DNA from: Lysobacteraceae bacterium
GTDB taxonomy: Bacteria; Pseudomonadota; Gammaproteobacteria; Xanthomonadales; Rhodanobacteraceae
NCBI GenBank assembly: GCA_028871555.1
Contig: JAGWNA010000006.1
Span: forward strand, 615-64,614
Length of the DNA: 64,000 bases
Reading direction: 5' to 3'
Shown: positions 38,578 to 48,531 of the stretch, piece after piece
How positions within the stretch are numbered: position 1 is the stretch's first letter
How the letters are laid out: every line of letters begins with the position of its first letter
Translations under genes and position numbers: made by a program
The notes under the pieces: model-generated
The model's input: only the letters and a program-made list of their open reading frames with translations
The model's database searches: none
Told to the model about the DNA's origin: nothing

Positions 38578-39228
38578 TCAGCAGATGCGGATATGATCCT
38601 CGACCGTGCGCACTCCCGGTGCCGACCATACCGCGTGTTCGACGGCCTGACGCTCGTCCCAGTTGTCGACTTCGCCCTCGATCTTGACCGTGCCACCCTC
38701 GCGAATGTCGATGCTGATGCGATTGGCCTCGACCGCGGCATGGCGTTTCAATGAATCGAGGATGCGCTGTTTGACGTCGACGGCATCCACCATGGTTGCG
38801 AGGGCGATATCGTTGCTTACGCCGATCACGCCGGAAAGTTTGCGCACTTCGGATTCGGCCGCAGCGCGTTGATAGTTCCATTTCACCTGGCCGGTCAGCG
38901 AAACCCAGCCGTTCTGCACCTTGACGCGCACCGCGTCACGAGGGACCGCCGCATTCCAGGCCAGGATGTTGAGTGCCCGCTGGGCGATCTCGTCATCGTT
39001 GATCTTCTTCTCGCCGGGGAAGCGCACGTCGATCTTCTGTGCGATCGCCTTGACCCCCTTCACCCTCCAGGCGGCGCGTTCGGCGGCCATTTTCTGCGTG
39101 TAGTTCGGGACATGGCCGGTAAGCACGACCACGCCGTTTTCCGCCGCTACGCCGATGTCCGCCGAATCGATGCTCGGCTCGAAATCGAGTTCGTCCAGAA
39201 CGTTTTGGCGCAAGTCTTTGTCGTTCAT
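38578..39228 (-). CDS. Triple BON-domain (OsmY-like) protein
   Basis: Three repeats of the GVVxLxG..BON pattern. Confidence 0.9.
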   Translation of the reverse strand: MNDKDLRQNVLDELDFEPSIDSADIGVAAENGVVVLTGHVPNYTQKMAAERAAWRVKGVKAIAQKIDVRFPGEKKINDDEIAQRALNILAWNAAVPRDAVRVKVQNGWVSLTGQVKWNYQRAAAESEVRKLSGVIGVSNDIALATMVDAVDVKQRILDSLKRHAAVEANRISIDIREGGTVKIEGEVDNWDERQAVEHAVWSAPGVRTVEDHIRIC

Positions 39229-39290
39229 TGCCAGGCTCCAGTGAGTTGTTCGGGAATCGTCATTACTCCACGCAAGGCAGGGGGAGAATG

Positions 39291-39304
39291 TTGACCTGGA
39301 TCAA
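39291..39304 (-). promoter_or_regulatory. FNR/Anr/FixK-type binding box upstream of the BON gene
   Basis: TTGAC-CTGG-ATCAA vs consensus TTGAT-N4-ATCAA; AGTAAT -10-like hexamer at 39267-39262 gives class II spacing. Confidence 0.7.
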
Positions 39305-39684
39305 CGAAACGGCAGTCTCACGGCAGGTGGGCGGGCGTGCCGACCTGTTCCCGGCGGACGGACTCGTTCCCCGCGAATGAAGTGCCCTGGCGCCGCGCCG
39401 CGCATGGCCGGCACGCGCATCGTCGCCCGCGCGCCCGGCGGCACGGGCCAGGCGAGCGCCAGGGCAAGTCGCGTCCGTCCGGCCGGAGCGAATCCCCGAT
39501 TGTGTGACGCTCGGCAGTTATTATTTCAGGCGAATCAATGGACTGCCGGAAAGAAACTGCGCATACTCCCTCGTGCTGCCCGCGATCCGGTGCGATTCGG
39601 CCGGACCGGAATGGACATTGCCGATTCCACTCAATGGCGACGATGGCGCGCCAAGTGCCCAGACGGCGATTTTGGGGACGGATG

Positions 39685-40671
<987 letters not shown>

Positions 40672-40824
40672 TGCGGAAGCAGCTGCGCTGCGCCTGAACG
40701 GCCGTGCGGATGTGGGTGCGGCGATCCCCACTGCGTCGTCCAAGCGGGTCATGCCCGACCCGGGCACGAGCGGCATCGCACGGCCAAGTCCTTGTCCTGG
40801 CGGGCTCCCGCGGAATTTCGCGCG

Positions 40825-40840
40825 TGGCGCGCTCGTTGCA
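40825..40840 (+). promoter_or_regulatory. Sigma-54 (-24/-12) promoter of the injection-system operon
   Basis: TGGCGC-GCTCG-TTGCA, exact GG-N10-GC spacing, 40 nt upstream of the first operon ATG. Confidence 0.8.
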
Positions 40841-40879
40841 TGTGCACCCGGGCACCGTGCCATGTGTGCGGAGGGTGCC

Positions 40880-41164
40880 ATGACGAAACCGCGGGACAAT
40901 GGCGCGGCAGGCGAGAGCGGCTGCGAGGAAGATATCCAGTTGACGTTGCTCGCCTACCTGCACCGCCACCCGCGCGCGGCCGACACCTTGCGCGGCATCG
41001 TCAGCCGGTGGCTGCCGCAACAGCGTTACGAGAGCGGATGCCAGCGCATCGAGCAGGCATTGGATGCGCTGATAGCGAAAGGCGAATTGCGGCGCGACCG
41101 CCTGCCCGACGGCGAGGTGCTGTATGCGCTCAATAGCCGCACGAGGCCATCGCAACCGCATTGA
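40880..41164 (+). CDS. Small winged-helix-like protein, first gene of the eCIS operon
   Basis: GGAGGG RBS; LLAYLHRHPRAADTLRGIVSRWL...LPDGEVLYAL. Confidence 0.7.
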   Translation: MTKPRDNGAAGESGCEEDIQLTLLAYLHRHPRAADTLRGIVSRWLPQQRYESGCQRIEQALDALIAKGELRRDRLPDGEVLYALNSRTRPSQPH

Positions 41165-41200
41165 CTGCGATGTGTGTTTTCACGACAGAGGACCGATCCC

Positions 41201-42718
41201 ATGCCACCTGCGCTCTCATACCCGGGCGTCTATATCGAGGAAATCCCCAGCGGCGTGCGCACCATCACCGGGGTGGCCACGTCGATCGCGGCGTTTGCCG
41301 GCTGGACCCCCAGCGGTCCGACCGATCATGCCGAACTGGTGCTCGGCTATACCGACTTCGCACGCAAGTTCGGCGGCATCGACAGCCGCAGCGTGCTCGG
41401 CTACGCGGTGAACCAGTTCTTCGCCAACGGCGGCCAGCAGGCGTACATCGTGCGGCTGGTCGACGGCACGGCGAAGGCGGCGAAAGTCACCCTCGACGGC
41501 AAGCTGCTGGTGACCGCCGCCAACCAAGGCCAGTGGGCCAATGACTTCGCCATCGTGACCAGGAAGTCGACCTTCGACGCCACCCGTTTCCGGCTGACGG
41601 TCGCCAACTGGAAGCTCGATCCGGCCGGCGTGGCGGTGGAAGTGTTCGACAACCTCTCCATGAAGACCGACGACGCGCGTTTCGTCACCAGCGTGCTGGC
41701 GAACCAGTCCGCCTACGTCACCGCCGCCGTGCAGGGCGGCGCCACCGATCCGCCGGCGGATACCGCGGCCGGCAACATTCCCGACGCGGCGAAACTGGCG
41801 GGCGGTCTGGACGGCACGGTGCTGGCGCCGAACGATGCCGCGTTCGAGAACGCACTCGTCCCGTTGGCCGGTACCGGCGGCCTGTATCAGCTGGACCGCG
41901 TCAACCTGTTCAACCTTTTGTGCGTGCCCGGGGAAACCGGCACCGGCACGATCTCCACGCTGCAGAAATTCTGTCGCAGCCGGCGCGCGTTCCTGATCGC
42001 CGACTCCGCCGACGGCGCCACGGTCGACGCGCTGGAGGGCGGCCCGGGTGCCATCACCGGCAACGATGCGATCAACGCCGCGTTCTATTTCCCGTGGGTG
42101 ATCGCCGCCGACCCGCTGCAGCAGAACCGGCCGCGCGCATTCCCGCCGAGCGGTTTCGTGGCCGGTATCTACGCCCGTACCGACGCCACCCGCGGCGTGT
42201 GGAAGGCGCCGGCGGGCAGCGAGGCCAGCATCACCGGCGCGCTCGGTGTCAGCACCGTGCTGACCAATGACGAGAACGGCGTGCTCAACCCGCTGGCGAT
42301 CAACTGCATCCGCAATTTCCCGGTGTACGGCACGGTGGTGTGGGGCGCGCGCACGCTGCAGGGCAACGATGAGCAGGGTTCCGAATGGAAGTACGTGCCG
42401 GTGCGGCGCACCGCGCTGTTCATCGAGGAAAGCCTCTATCGCGGCACCCAGTGGGTGGTGTTCGAGCCCAACGACGAGCCGCTGTGGGCGCAAATCCGCC
42501 TCAACATCGGCGCGTTCATGCAGAACCTGTTCCGCCAGGGCGCGTTCCAGGGCAAGACGCCGCAGGACGCCTACTTCGTCAAGTGCGACAAGGAAACCAC
42601 CACGCAGAACGACATCAATCTCGGCATCGTCAACATCGTGGTCGGCTTTGCGCCGCTCAAGCCCGCCGAATTCGTGGTCATCCAGCTGCAGCAGATGGCC
42701 GGCCAGATCCCGACCTGA
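41201..42718 (+). CDS. Contractile tail sheath protein (Afp/PVC sheath-like)
   Basis: YPGVYIEE, FFANGG, PPSGFVAGIYARTD..RGVWKAPAG, WKYVPVRR, GFAPLKPAEFVV. Confidence 0.95.
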   Translation: MPPALSYPGVYIEEIPSGVRTITGVATSIAAFAGWTPSGPTDHAELVLGYTDFARKFGGIDSRSVLGYAVNQFFANGGQQAYIVRLVDGTAKAAKVTLDGKLLVTAANQGQWANDFAIVTRKSTFDATRFRLTVANWKLDPAGVAVEVFDNLSMKTDDARFVTSVLANQSAYVTAAVQGGATDPPADTAAGNIPDAAKLAGGLDGTVLAPNDAAFENALVPLAGTGGLYQLDRVNLFNLLCVPGETGTGTISTLQKFCRSRRAFLIADSADGATVDALEGGPGAITGNDAINAAFYFPWVIAADPLQQNRPRAFPPSGFVAGIYARTDATRGVWKAPAGSEASITGALGVSTVLTNDENGVLNPLAINCIRNFPVYGTVVWGARTLQGNDEQGSEWKYVPVRRTALFIEESLYRGTQWVVFEPNDEPLWAQIRLNIGAFMQNLFRQGAFQGKTPQDAYFVKCDKETTTQNDINLGIVNIVVGFAPLKPAEFVVIQLQQMAGQIPT

Positions 42719-42728
42719 GGAAAACATC

Positions 42729-43256
42729 ATGGCTCAGTTCAGCGTCAACGCGCAGCGCTTCGATCCGTACAAGAACTTCAAGTTCAGGGTGAAATGGGAC
42801 GGCCGTTACGTGGCCGGGGTCAGCAAGGTATCGGGGCTCAAGCGCACCACCGAAGTGGTCAAGCATCGAGAGGGGGGGGATCCAAGCAGTACCCGCAAGT
42901 CGCCGGGTCGCACCGAGTACGAGGCGATCACCATCGAGCGCGGCGTCACCCACGACGTTGCGTTCGAGCAGTGGGCGAACAAGGTGTGGAACTTCGGCGC
43001 CGGTCTCGGCGCCGAGGTTTCGCTGAAGGACTTCCGCAAGGACCTGATCCTGGAGGTCTACAACGAGGCGGGCCAGCTTGCGCTTGCCTACAAGCTGTAT
43101 CGCTGCTGGGTCTCGGAGTTCCAGGCGATGCCCGACCTGGACGCCAATGCCAACGCGGTGGCGATCCAGCACCTGAAACTGGAGAACGAGGGCTGGGAGC
43201 GCGACGTCAGCGTGCCGGAGCCGGCCGAGCCCAGCTTCACCGTGCCCGCCGGCTGA
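42729..43256 (+). CDS. Tail tube protein (gp19/Afp1-like)
   Basis: DPYKNFKFRV, REGG...PGRTEYEAITIERG, CWVSEF, VAIQHLKLENEGW. Confidence 0.93.
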   Translation: MAQFSVNAQRFDPYKNFKFRVKWDGRYVAGVSKVSGLKRTTEVVKHREGGDPSSTRKSPGRTEYEAITIERGVTHDVAFEQWANKVWNFGAGLGAEVSLKDFRKDLILEVYNEAGQLALAYKLYRCWVSEFQAMPDLDANANAVAIQHLKLENEGWERDVSVPEPAEPSFTVPAG

Positions 43257-43261
43257 TCGAC

Positions 43262-44008
43262 ATGCGTACCCCCACGCCGGCACAACTGCTGCAGGTATGG
43301 GAACGCGGGGGCGGGCAATCCGCCGCGGCGTGCAGCCTGTTGCTGCTGGGCACCAGTTGCGAGGAGTGCAGCGCCGAGGCCATCGCCGCGTTGCCGCTGG
43401 GGCGGCGCGATGCCTTGCTGCTGCAGCTGCGCGCGCGCCTGTTCGGTGCCGAGATCTGCGGCGTGGCGAACTGCCCGCAGTGCGCAGCCAGCGTGGAGGC
43501 GACGTTCCGCTGCGACGACCTGCGATTGATCCCGGACGATGCCGACGATGCGGCGCCGGAGGCCGGACATCTGCTGTCGTCGCATGGCATCCAGGTGTGC
43601 TTCCGCCTGCCGGACAGCAGCGACATGCTGGCGCTGGAGACCTGCGCCGATAGCGCGGCGGCGCGTCGCCTGCTGCTCGAACGCTGCGTGCTCGCCATGC
43701 ACGGCGCCGACGCACCGTGCGCTGTCGATGCCTTGCCGATCGAGCTGCAGGCCGGGATCGCCCAGGCGATGGCGCAGGCCGACCCGCAGGCCGACGTGCA
43801 GCTGGCCCTCACCTGCCCGAATTGCGCACACCGCTGGCAGCCGGCGTTCGATATCGCCCGCTTCCTGTGGCAGGAGCTGCACGCATGGGCGCTGCGCATG
43901 CTGCGCGACGTGGACACGCTGGCGCAGGCCTACCACTGGCACGAGGCCGACATCCTCGCCCTGAGCCCGCGCCGCCGGCAGGCCTATCTGGAACTGTGCA
44001 TGTCATGA
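43262..44008 (+). CDS. Tail assembly chaperone-like protein with DUF6760-like C-terminus
   Basis: LPLGRRDALLL.LR..LFG, two CPxC motifs, LAQAYHWHEADILALSPRRRQAYL. Confidence 0.7.
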   Translation: MRTPTPAQLLQVWERGGGQSAAACSLLLLGTSCEECSAEAIAALPLGRRDALLLQLRARLFGAEICGVANCPQCAASVEATFRCDDLRLIPDDADDAAPEAGHLLSSHGIQVCFRLPDSSDMLALETCADSAAARRLLLERCVLAMHGADAPCAVDALPIELQAGIAQAMAQADPQADVQLALTCPNCAHRWQPAFDIARFLWQELHAWALRMLRDVDTLAQAYHWHEADILALSPRRRQAYLELCMS

Positions 44009-44769
44009 GCGACTTCCTCGACCGGCTGGCGGCAAGGGCACTGGGCAGCGAAACGACGCTGACCCCGCGCCTGCCGGCGCGGTTCGAACCCCGCCAGGGT
44101 TCGCCGATCATGCCGCTGCCGCCGGGCGAGGCCGATGCACGGCAGCCCATGCACGGGGCGCCGCCGACGAATGCCGTTGCGGCCGCGATCGATCGGTCGC
44201 GGCCGCAGCGCGCATCTGCCGTGCCCGGGCACGGCGAGCCACACATCATGGCGACGCCGCCCGAGCGCGTGGTTGCGTCCCTGCCATCGGGCGATGCGGT
44301 GCGTATCCCGCACCGCGATGCGCCGCCCGCGCCGGCTGTTGCCGCACCGGCCGCGTCGCGGATCCACCAGCGCTCCGCACCGCCGGCAACGTCGCCGCGG
44401 CAGCCGGATGTCCTGCGGCCGGCAGCGCCGGTGCAACCGCGGCAGGTGCGCATCGCGCCGGATCGGGCGGAGCCAGCCACACGCGCATCGACGGACGTGC
44501 CGCCGCCGCTTTTCTCGCCGGAAACCCACGCGCTGCCGGCGGCGCAGGCAGCGGGCCGATCGCGCGCCAGCCGCGCGCCGCGCGACCGCCCCGTGCCGTC
44601 CGCTCGCGCCGACGACACCGCGGGCGAGACGGTCGTGCACGTCAGTATCGGCCGGCTCGAAGTGCGCGCTGCCGCCGCGGCCGTCGCCGCACCGCGCCGC
44701 CAGGACGGGCAGCGGCCATCCAGCCTGGACGATTACCTGCGCCAGCGCGGCGACAAGGTGCCGCGATGA
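44005..44769 (+). CDS. Pro/Ala-rich eCIS accessory protein
   Basis: ATGA coupling at both ends; conserved-looking ends MSDFLDRLA and VHVSIGRLEVRA...SLDDYL. Confidence 0.7.
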   Translation: MSDFLDRLAARALGSETTLTPRLPARFEPRQGSPIMPLPPGEADARQPMHGAPPTNAVAAAIDRSRPQRASAVPGHGEPHIMATPPERVVASLPSGDAVRIPHRDAPPAPAVAAPAASRIHQRSAPPATSPRQPDVLRPAAPVQPRQVRIAPDRAEPATRASTDVPPPLFSPETHALPAAQAAGRSRASRAPRDRPVPSARADDTAGETVVHVSIGRLEVRAAAAAVAAPRRQDGQRPSSLDDYLRQRGDKVPR

Positions 44770-46010
44770 GCAACGTGCTGGCCATGGCCGCCACCACGCG
44801 CACGCTGCGCAACCTGCTGCTGGCGCAGATCCCCGCGCTCGATCCCGAATTGAGCGATCTGGAAGTGACCCTGCAGCCGCCGGACATCGCGCGCAAGGGC
44901 ATCAGCAAATCGCAGCTCAACCTGTTCCTGTTCCAGGTGGTCACCAATGCGGCGTGGAGCAATCTCGACATGCCGGGGCGGGTGCGCCCGGGCGAGAGCG
45001 CGCCGCCGGCGCTGGCGTTGAACCTGCATTACCTGATCACCGCCTGGGGCCGCGGCGAGAGCGACAGCGAGGCGCTCAGCCATCGCGTGCTCGCCGCGGC
45101 GATGAGCACGCTGCACGACCGCGCGGTGCTCGATGGCAACGACATCAGCAATGCGCTGCCGGACAACGACCTGGCCGGCCAGGTCGAGCGCGTGCGGATC
45201 ACCCGGTTGCCGCAGAGTGTGGAGGAGCTGTCCAAGCTGTGGACCGCGTTCCAGACCAACTACCGGGTGTCCGCCGCCTACGAGGCAGCCGTGGTGCTGA
45301 TCGACAGCCAGGCGGCGATGCGCGCACCGCTGCCGGTGCTGCGGCGCGGTCCGCAGGATCGCGGCGTGATCGCTACCGCCAGCGCCGCGCCGGTGCTCGA
45401 CGCGCTGACCTATCCGCGCACGCAGGCGGCGGTGCGGCTGGGCGAGGACATCGTGCTGGGCGGGCGCCAGCTCACCACGGATCACGCGCTGGCCCGCTTC
45501 AGCAGCCTGCGGCTGGATACGCCGGTCGATCTGGTGCCGGCCGCCGGCGCCGCGGCCGGCACGCTGGGCGTGCATCTGGCCGATACGGTCGAGGATGCGG
45601 ACGCCGCGTCGCGCTGGGCGCCGGGCATCTATACGGTGGCGCTGCTGCTGCAGCCGCCGGGGTTGCCGCCGCTGCTCAGCAACGAACTGCCGCTGGTGCT
45701 GGCGCCGACCATCGCGCTGGGCGCGCTGGCCGCCGCCGCCGGCGACATCACGGTGAACCTCACCTGCCTGCCGCGCATCCGCGACGGCCAGCGGGTGTTC
45801 CTGCTGTTCGGCGACCGCCTGCTGGCGCCGCAGGGCATGAACAACCCGGCGGATCCGCACCAGCCCACCGCGCTGGCGTTCCAGGTGCCGGGAGTGAGTG
45901 CCGGCACGTACACCGTGCGCCTGCGGGTGGACGGTGCCGACAGCATCCCGGTCGATTTCAGCGGCGGCGTCCCGGCGTTCGCCGCCAGCCAGCAGGTGGT
46001 CGTGACATGA
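44766..46010 (+). CDS. DUF4255 (Pvc16/Afp16-like) tail cap with C-terminal Ig-like extension
   Basis: LNLFLFQV..N..W.N, LNLHYLITAWG, EELSKLWTAF...YRVSAAYE. Confidence 0.85.
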   Translation: MSNVLAMAATTRTLRNLLLAQIPALDPELSDLEVTLQPPDIARKGISKSQLNLFLFQVVTNAAWSNLDMPGRVRPGESAPPALALNLHYLITAWGRGESDSEALSHRVLAAAMSTLHDRAVLDGNDISNALPDNDLAGQVERVRITRLPQSVEELSKLWTAFQTNYRVSAAYEAAVVLIDSQAAMRAPLPVLRRGPQDRGVIATASAAPVLDALTYPRTQAAVRLGEDIVLGGRQLTTDHALARFSSLRLDTPVDLVPAAGAAAGTLGVHLADTVEDADAASRWAPGIYTVALLLQPPGLPPLLSNELPLVLAPTIALGALAAAAGDITVNLTCLPRIRDGQRVFLLFGDRLLAPQGMNNPADPHQPTALAFQVPGVSAGTYTVRLRVDGADSIPVDFSGGVPAFAASQQVVVT

Positions 46011-48196
46011 ACGATTACCAGCAATGGCTGAGCGCCAACGACCAGTATCTCGCCGCGGCGCTGGCCGGGTTGCGCGCGCGCTTGCAGCAGGCGGCGCAAC
46101 GGCAGGGCACGTCGAGTGCGAGCGCTCCGCGTGCAGCGGCGGCCTCCGTGCCGATGACCGCCGTGTCTGCCGCAGCGGCTGCGGTCGCGCCGAGGCCCTC
46201 GTGGTTCGCCCGCATGTTCGGCGGCCACGCAACGCCTGCGCCGTCGGTCGTTCCGACGCCCGACGCGGCTGTTGTCGCGCCGCCCGAGCCCGGGCCGGTC
46301 ACCGTGGTCGTGCCGGCCGCCGCAGCGCAAGCCGGCGCGGCCACGCCGGGCAATCCGGCGGGCGCGGATGCCGATGGCCACGTGCCGGCGCTGGCGGTGC
46401 TGGCGGAGCGGCTGGGACTGTCCGCGTTCGAGCGCGACCTGCTGCTGCTGTGCATCGGCATGGAGCTGGACACGCGCATGCCGGCGCTGTGCGCGCAGGC
46501 GCAGCACGATCCGGGCAAGCCCTACCCGACCTTCGCGCTGGCGTTCGCCGTGCTGGACCAGCCGAGCTGGGACGCGCTTTCGCCGCAGCGGCCGCTGCGC
46601 TACTGGCGCCTGCTCGACATCCACCAGCCCGGCGCGCAGCCGCTCGTCGGCGCCGCGCTCGGCGCCGACGAGCGCATCGTCAATTTCGTCAAGGGCATGA
46701 ACTACCTGGACGACCGGCTGATGCCCCTGCTCACCGCGCTGGCGCCGGCCACGCTGCCGCCTTCGCACCGCGCGATCGCCGACCGGGTGCTGGCAGACCT
46801 GCGGCATGTGCCGGCGGGCGAGGCGCTGCCGGTGGTGCAACTGCTGGGCAGCGACGGCACCAGCAAGCAGGGCATCGCGCAGGTAATCGCCGAGGCGTTC
46901 GGGGCGCAGGCGTACCGGCTCTCGGCCGAGCTGCTGCCGGCCGCCGTGGCCGAGCAGGAAACGCTGGTCCGGCTGTGGCAGCGCGAGAGCCAGTTGCTGC
47001 CGATCGCGCTGTATGTCGATGTCGCCGACGTCGAGCGCGGCGATGCGGCCGCGGCCCAGGTCCGGCGCTTGCTGGCGCGCGCCGGCGGACTCATCTTCGT
47101 CGATGCGCACGAACCTTGGGCAGGCGCGGCGATCAACGCGGTCAGCGTGGATGTGGCCAGGCCCACCGCCGTCGAGCAGCGCTCGCTGTGGCAACGCCTG
47201 CTGGGCGACGGCGCCGGTGTGCAGCCGCAGCATCTGGCCGGCCATTTCGATTTCAACCTCGGCAGGATCGAGCAGATCGCCCGCGGCGCGCTGGCGGCCG
47301 CCGAGGGAAAGCCCGGGGCGCTGGCGCCGTCGCTGTGGCAGGGCGCGCTGGCGCGCACGCGGCCGGCGCTCGACCAGCTCGCGCAGCGCATCGAGCCGAA
47401 GGCCGGCTGGGACGACCTGAAACTGCCGGACAGCGAGAAGAGCCTGCTGCACCAGATCGCCGGCCAGGTCGCCCAGCGCAGCACCGTCTACGACGACTGG
47501 GGTTTCCGCGAGCTGATGAACCGCGGCCTGTCGATCAGCGCGCTGTTCGCCGGCGAGAGCGGCACCGGCAAGACCATGGCGGCGGAAGTCATCGCGAAGG
47601 AACTGGGCCTGTCGCTGTACCGCATCGACCTGTCCGCGGTGGTCAGCAAGTACATCGGCGAGACCGAGAAGAACCTGCGCAAGCTGTTCGACGCGGCCGA
47701 GGACGGCGGTTCGATCCTGTTCTTCGACGAGGCCGACGCGCTGTTCGGCAAGCGCAGCGAGGTCAGGGACAGCCACGACCGCTACGCCAACATCGAAGTG
47801 AACTACCTGCTGCAGCGGCTGGAATCGTTCCGCGGCCTGGCGATCCTCGCCACCAACATGAAAAGCGCGCTCGACAGCGCGTTCCTGCGCCGGTTGCGCT
47901 TCGTCGTCAACTTCCCGTTTCCCGGCGTCGCCGAGCGCAAGGCGATCTGGGCCGCGGTGTTTCCCGCGCAACTGGCGACCGCGCCGCTGGACCTGGAACG
48001 GCTGGCGCGGCTCGCGCTTACCGGCGGCAGCATCCAGGGGATCGCCGTGAATGCCGCGTTCATGGCCGCTCAGGCAGGCGTGCAGGTCGGCATGCCGCTG
48101 CTGCTGGAGGCGGCGCGCGCCGAGTTCCGCAAGCTGGACAAGCCGGTCAACGAAGCCGACTTCCGCTGGCTCGAAAGCGCCGGAGGCAGGGCATGA
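46007..48196 (+). CDS. AAA+ ATPase (Afp15/Pvc15-like)
   Basis: GESGTGKT, SKYIGETEKNL, FFDEADALFGKR.EV.DSHDRYAN. Confidence 0.92.
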   Translation: MNDYQQWLSANDQYLAAALAGLRARLQQAAQRQGTSSASAPRAAAASVPMTAVSAAAAAVAPRPSWFARMFGGHATPAPSVVPTPDAAVVAPPEPGPVTVVVPAAAAQAGAATPGNPAGADADGHVPALAVLAERLGLSAFERDLLLLCIGMELDTRMPALCAQAQHDPGKPYPTFALAFAVLDQPSWDALSPQRPLRYWRLLDIHQPGAQPLVGAALGADERIVNFVKGMNYLDDRLMPLLTALAPATLPPSHRAIADRVLADLRHVPAGEALPVVQLLGSDGTSKQGIAQVIAEAFGAQAYRLSAELLPAAVAEQETLVRLWQRESQLLPIALYVDVADVERGDAAAAQVRRLLARAGGLIFVDAHEPWAGAAINAVSVDVARPTAVEQRSLWQRLLGDGAGVQPQHLAGHFDFNLGRIEQIARGALAAAEGKPGALAPSLWQGALARTRPALDQLAQRIEPKAGWDDLKLPDSEKSLLHQIAGQVAQRSTVYDDWGFRELMNRGLSISALFAGESGTGKTMAAEVIAKELGLSLYRIDLSAVVSKYIGETEKNLRKLFDAAEDGGSILFFDEADALFGKRSEVRDSHDRYANIEVNYLLQRLESFRGLAILATNMKSALDSAFLRRLRFVVNFPFPGVAERKAIWAAVFPAQLATAPLDLERLARLALTGGSIQGIAVNAAFMAAQAGVQVGMPLLLEAARAEFRKLDKPVNEADFRWLESAGGRA

Positions 48197-48531
48197 GGAT
48201 CGAGCTGCACATCGAGCGGCTGGTACTGGACGAAGCGCTGCTCGGCGGCGAGCGTGCCGGCGCGGTGCGCGCGTCGGTCGAGCACGAGCTGCGCCGGCTG
48301 TTGATCGCGCCCGGTGCCGTCGCCGCGCTGCGCGGCATCGGCACAGTCGCCACGTTGCCGCCCGCATCGCTGCGGCCGGCCAGTTATCCGCACGACCGGC
48401 TTGGTCCACGCATCGCCATGGCAGTGCACGGCGGCCTCGGCATTCCCTGTGCAGCGAGCGCATTGCAGGCCGGGAACATTGGGATGAAAGCGCTTGCGCG
48501 CGCGACACGCGGGAGCCGCCAGCATGGTTGA
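48193..48531 (+). CDS. Small eCIS accessory protein
   Basis: MRIELHIERLVLD; coupled to the ATPase stop. Confidence 0.7.
   Translation: MRIELHIERLVLDEALLGGERAGAVRASVEHELRRLLIAPGAVAALRGIGTVATLPPASLRPASYPHDRLGPRIAMAVHGGLGIPCAASALQAGNIGMKALARATRGSRQHG

Noticed and set aside
39439-39453. Second sigma-54 promoter upstream of the activator (CGGCAC...AGGC)
   Set aside because: GG-N10-GC spacing is present, but the -12 element lacks TTGC; this is likely by chance in GC-rich DNA.
39533-39545. IHF site AATCAATGGACTG
   Set aside because: Only a partial match to WATCAA-N4-TTR, and not located between the activator and the sigma-54 promoter.
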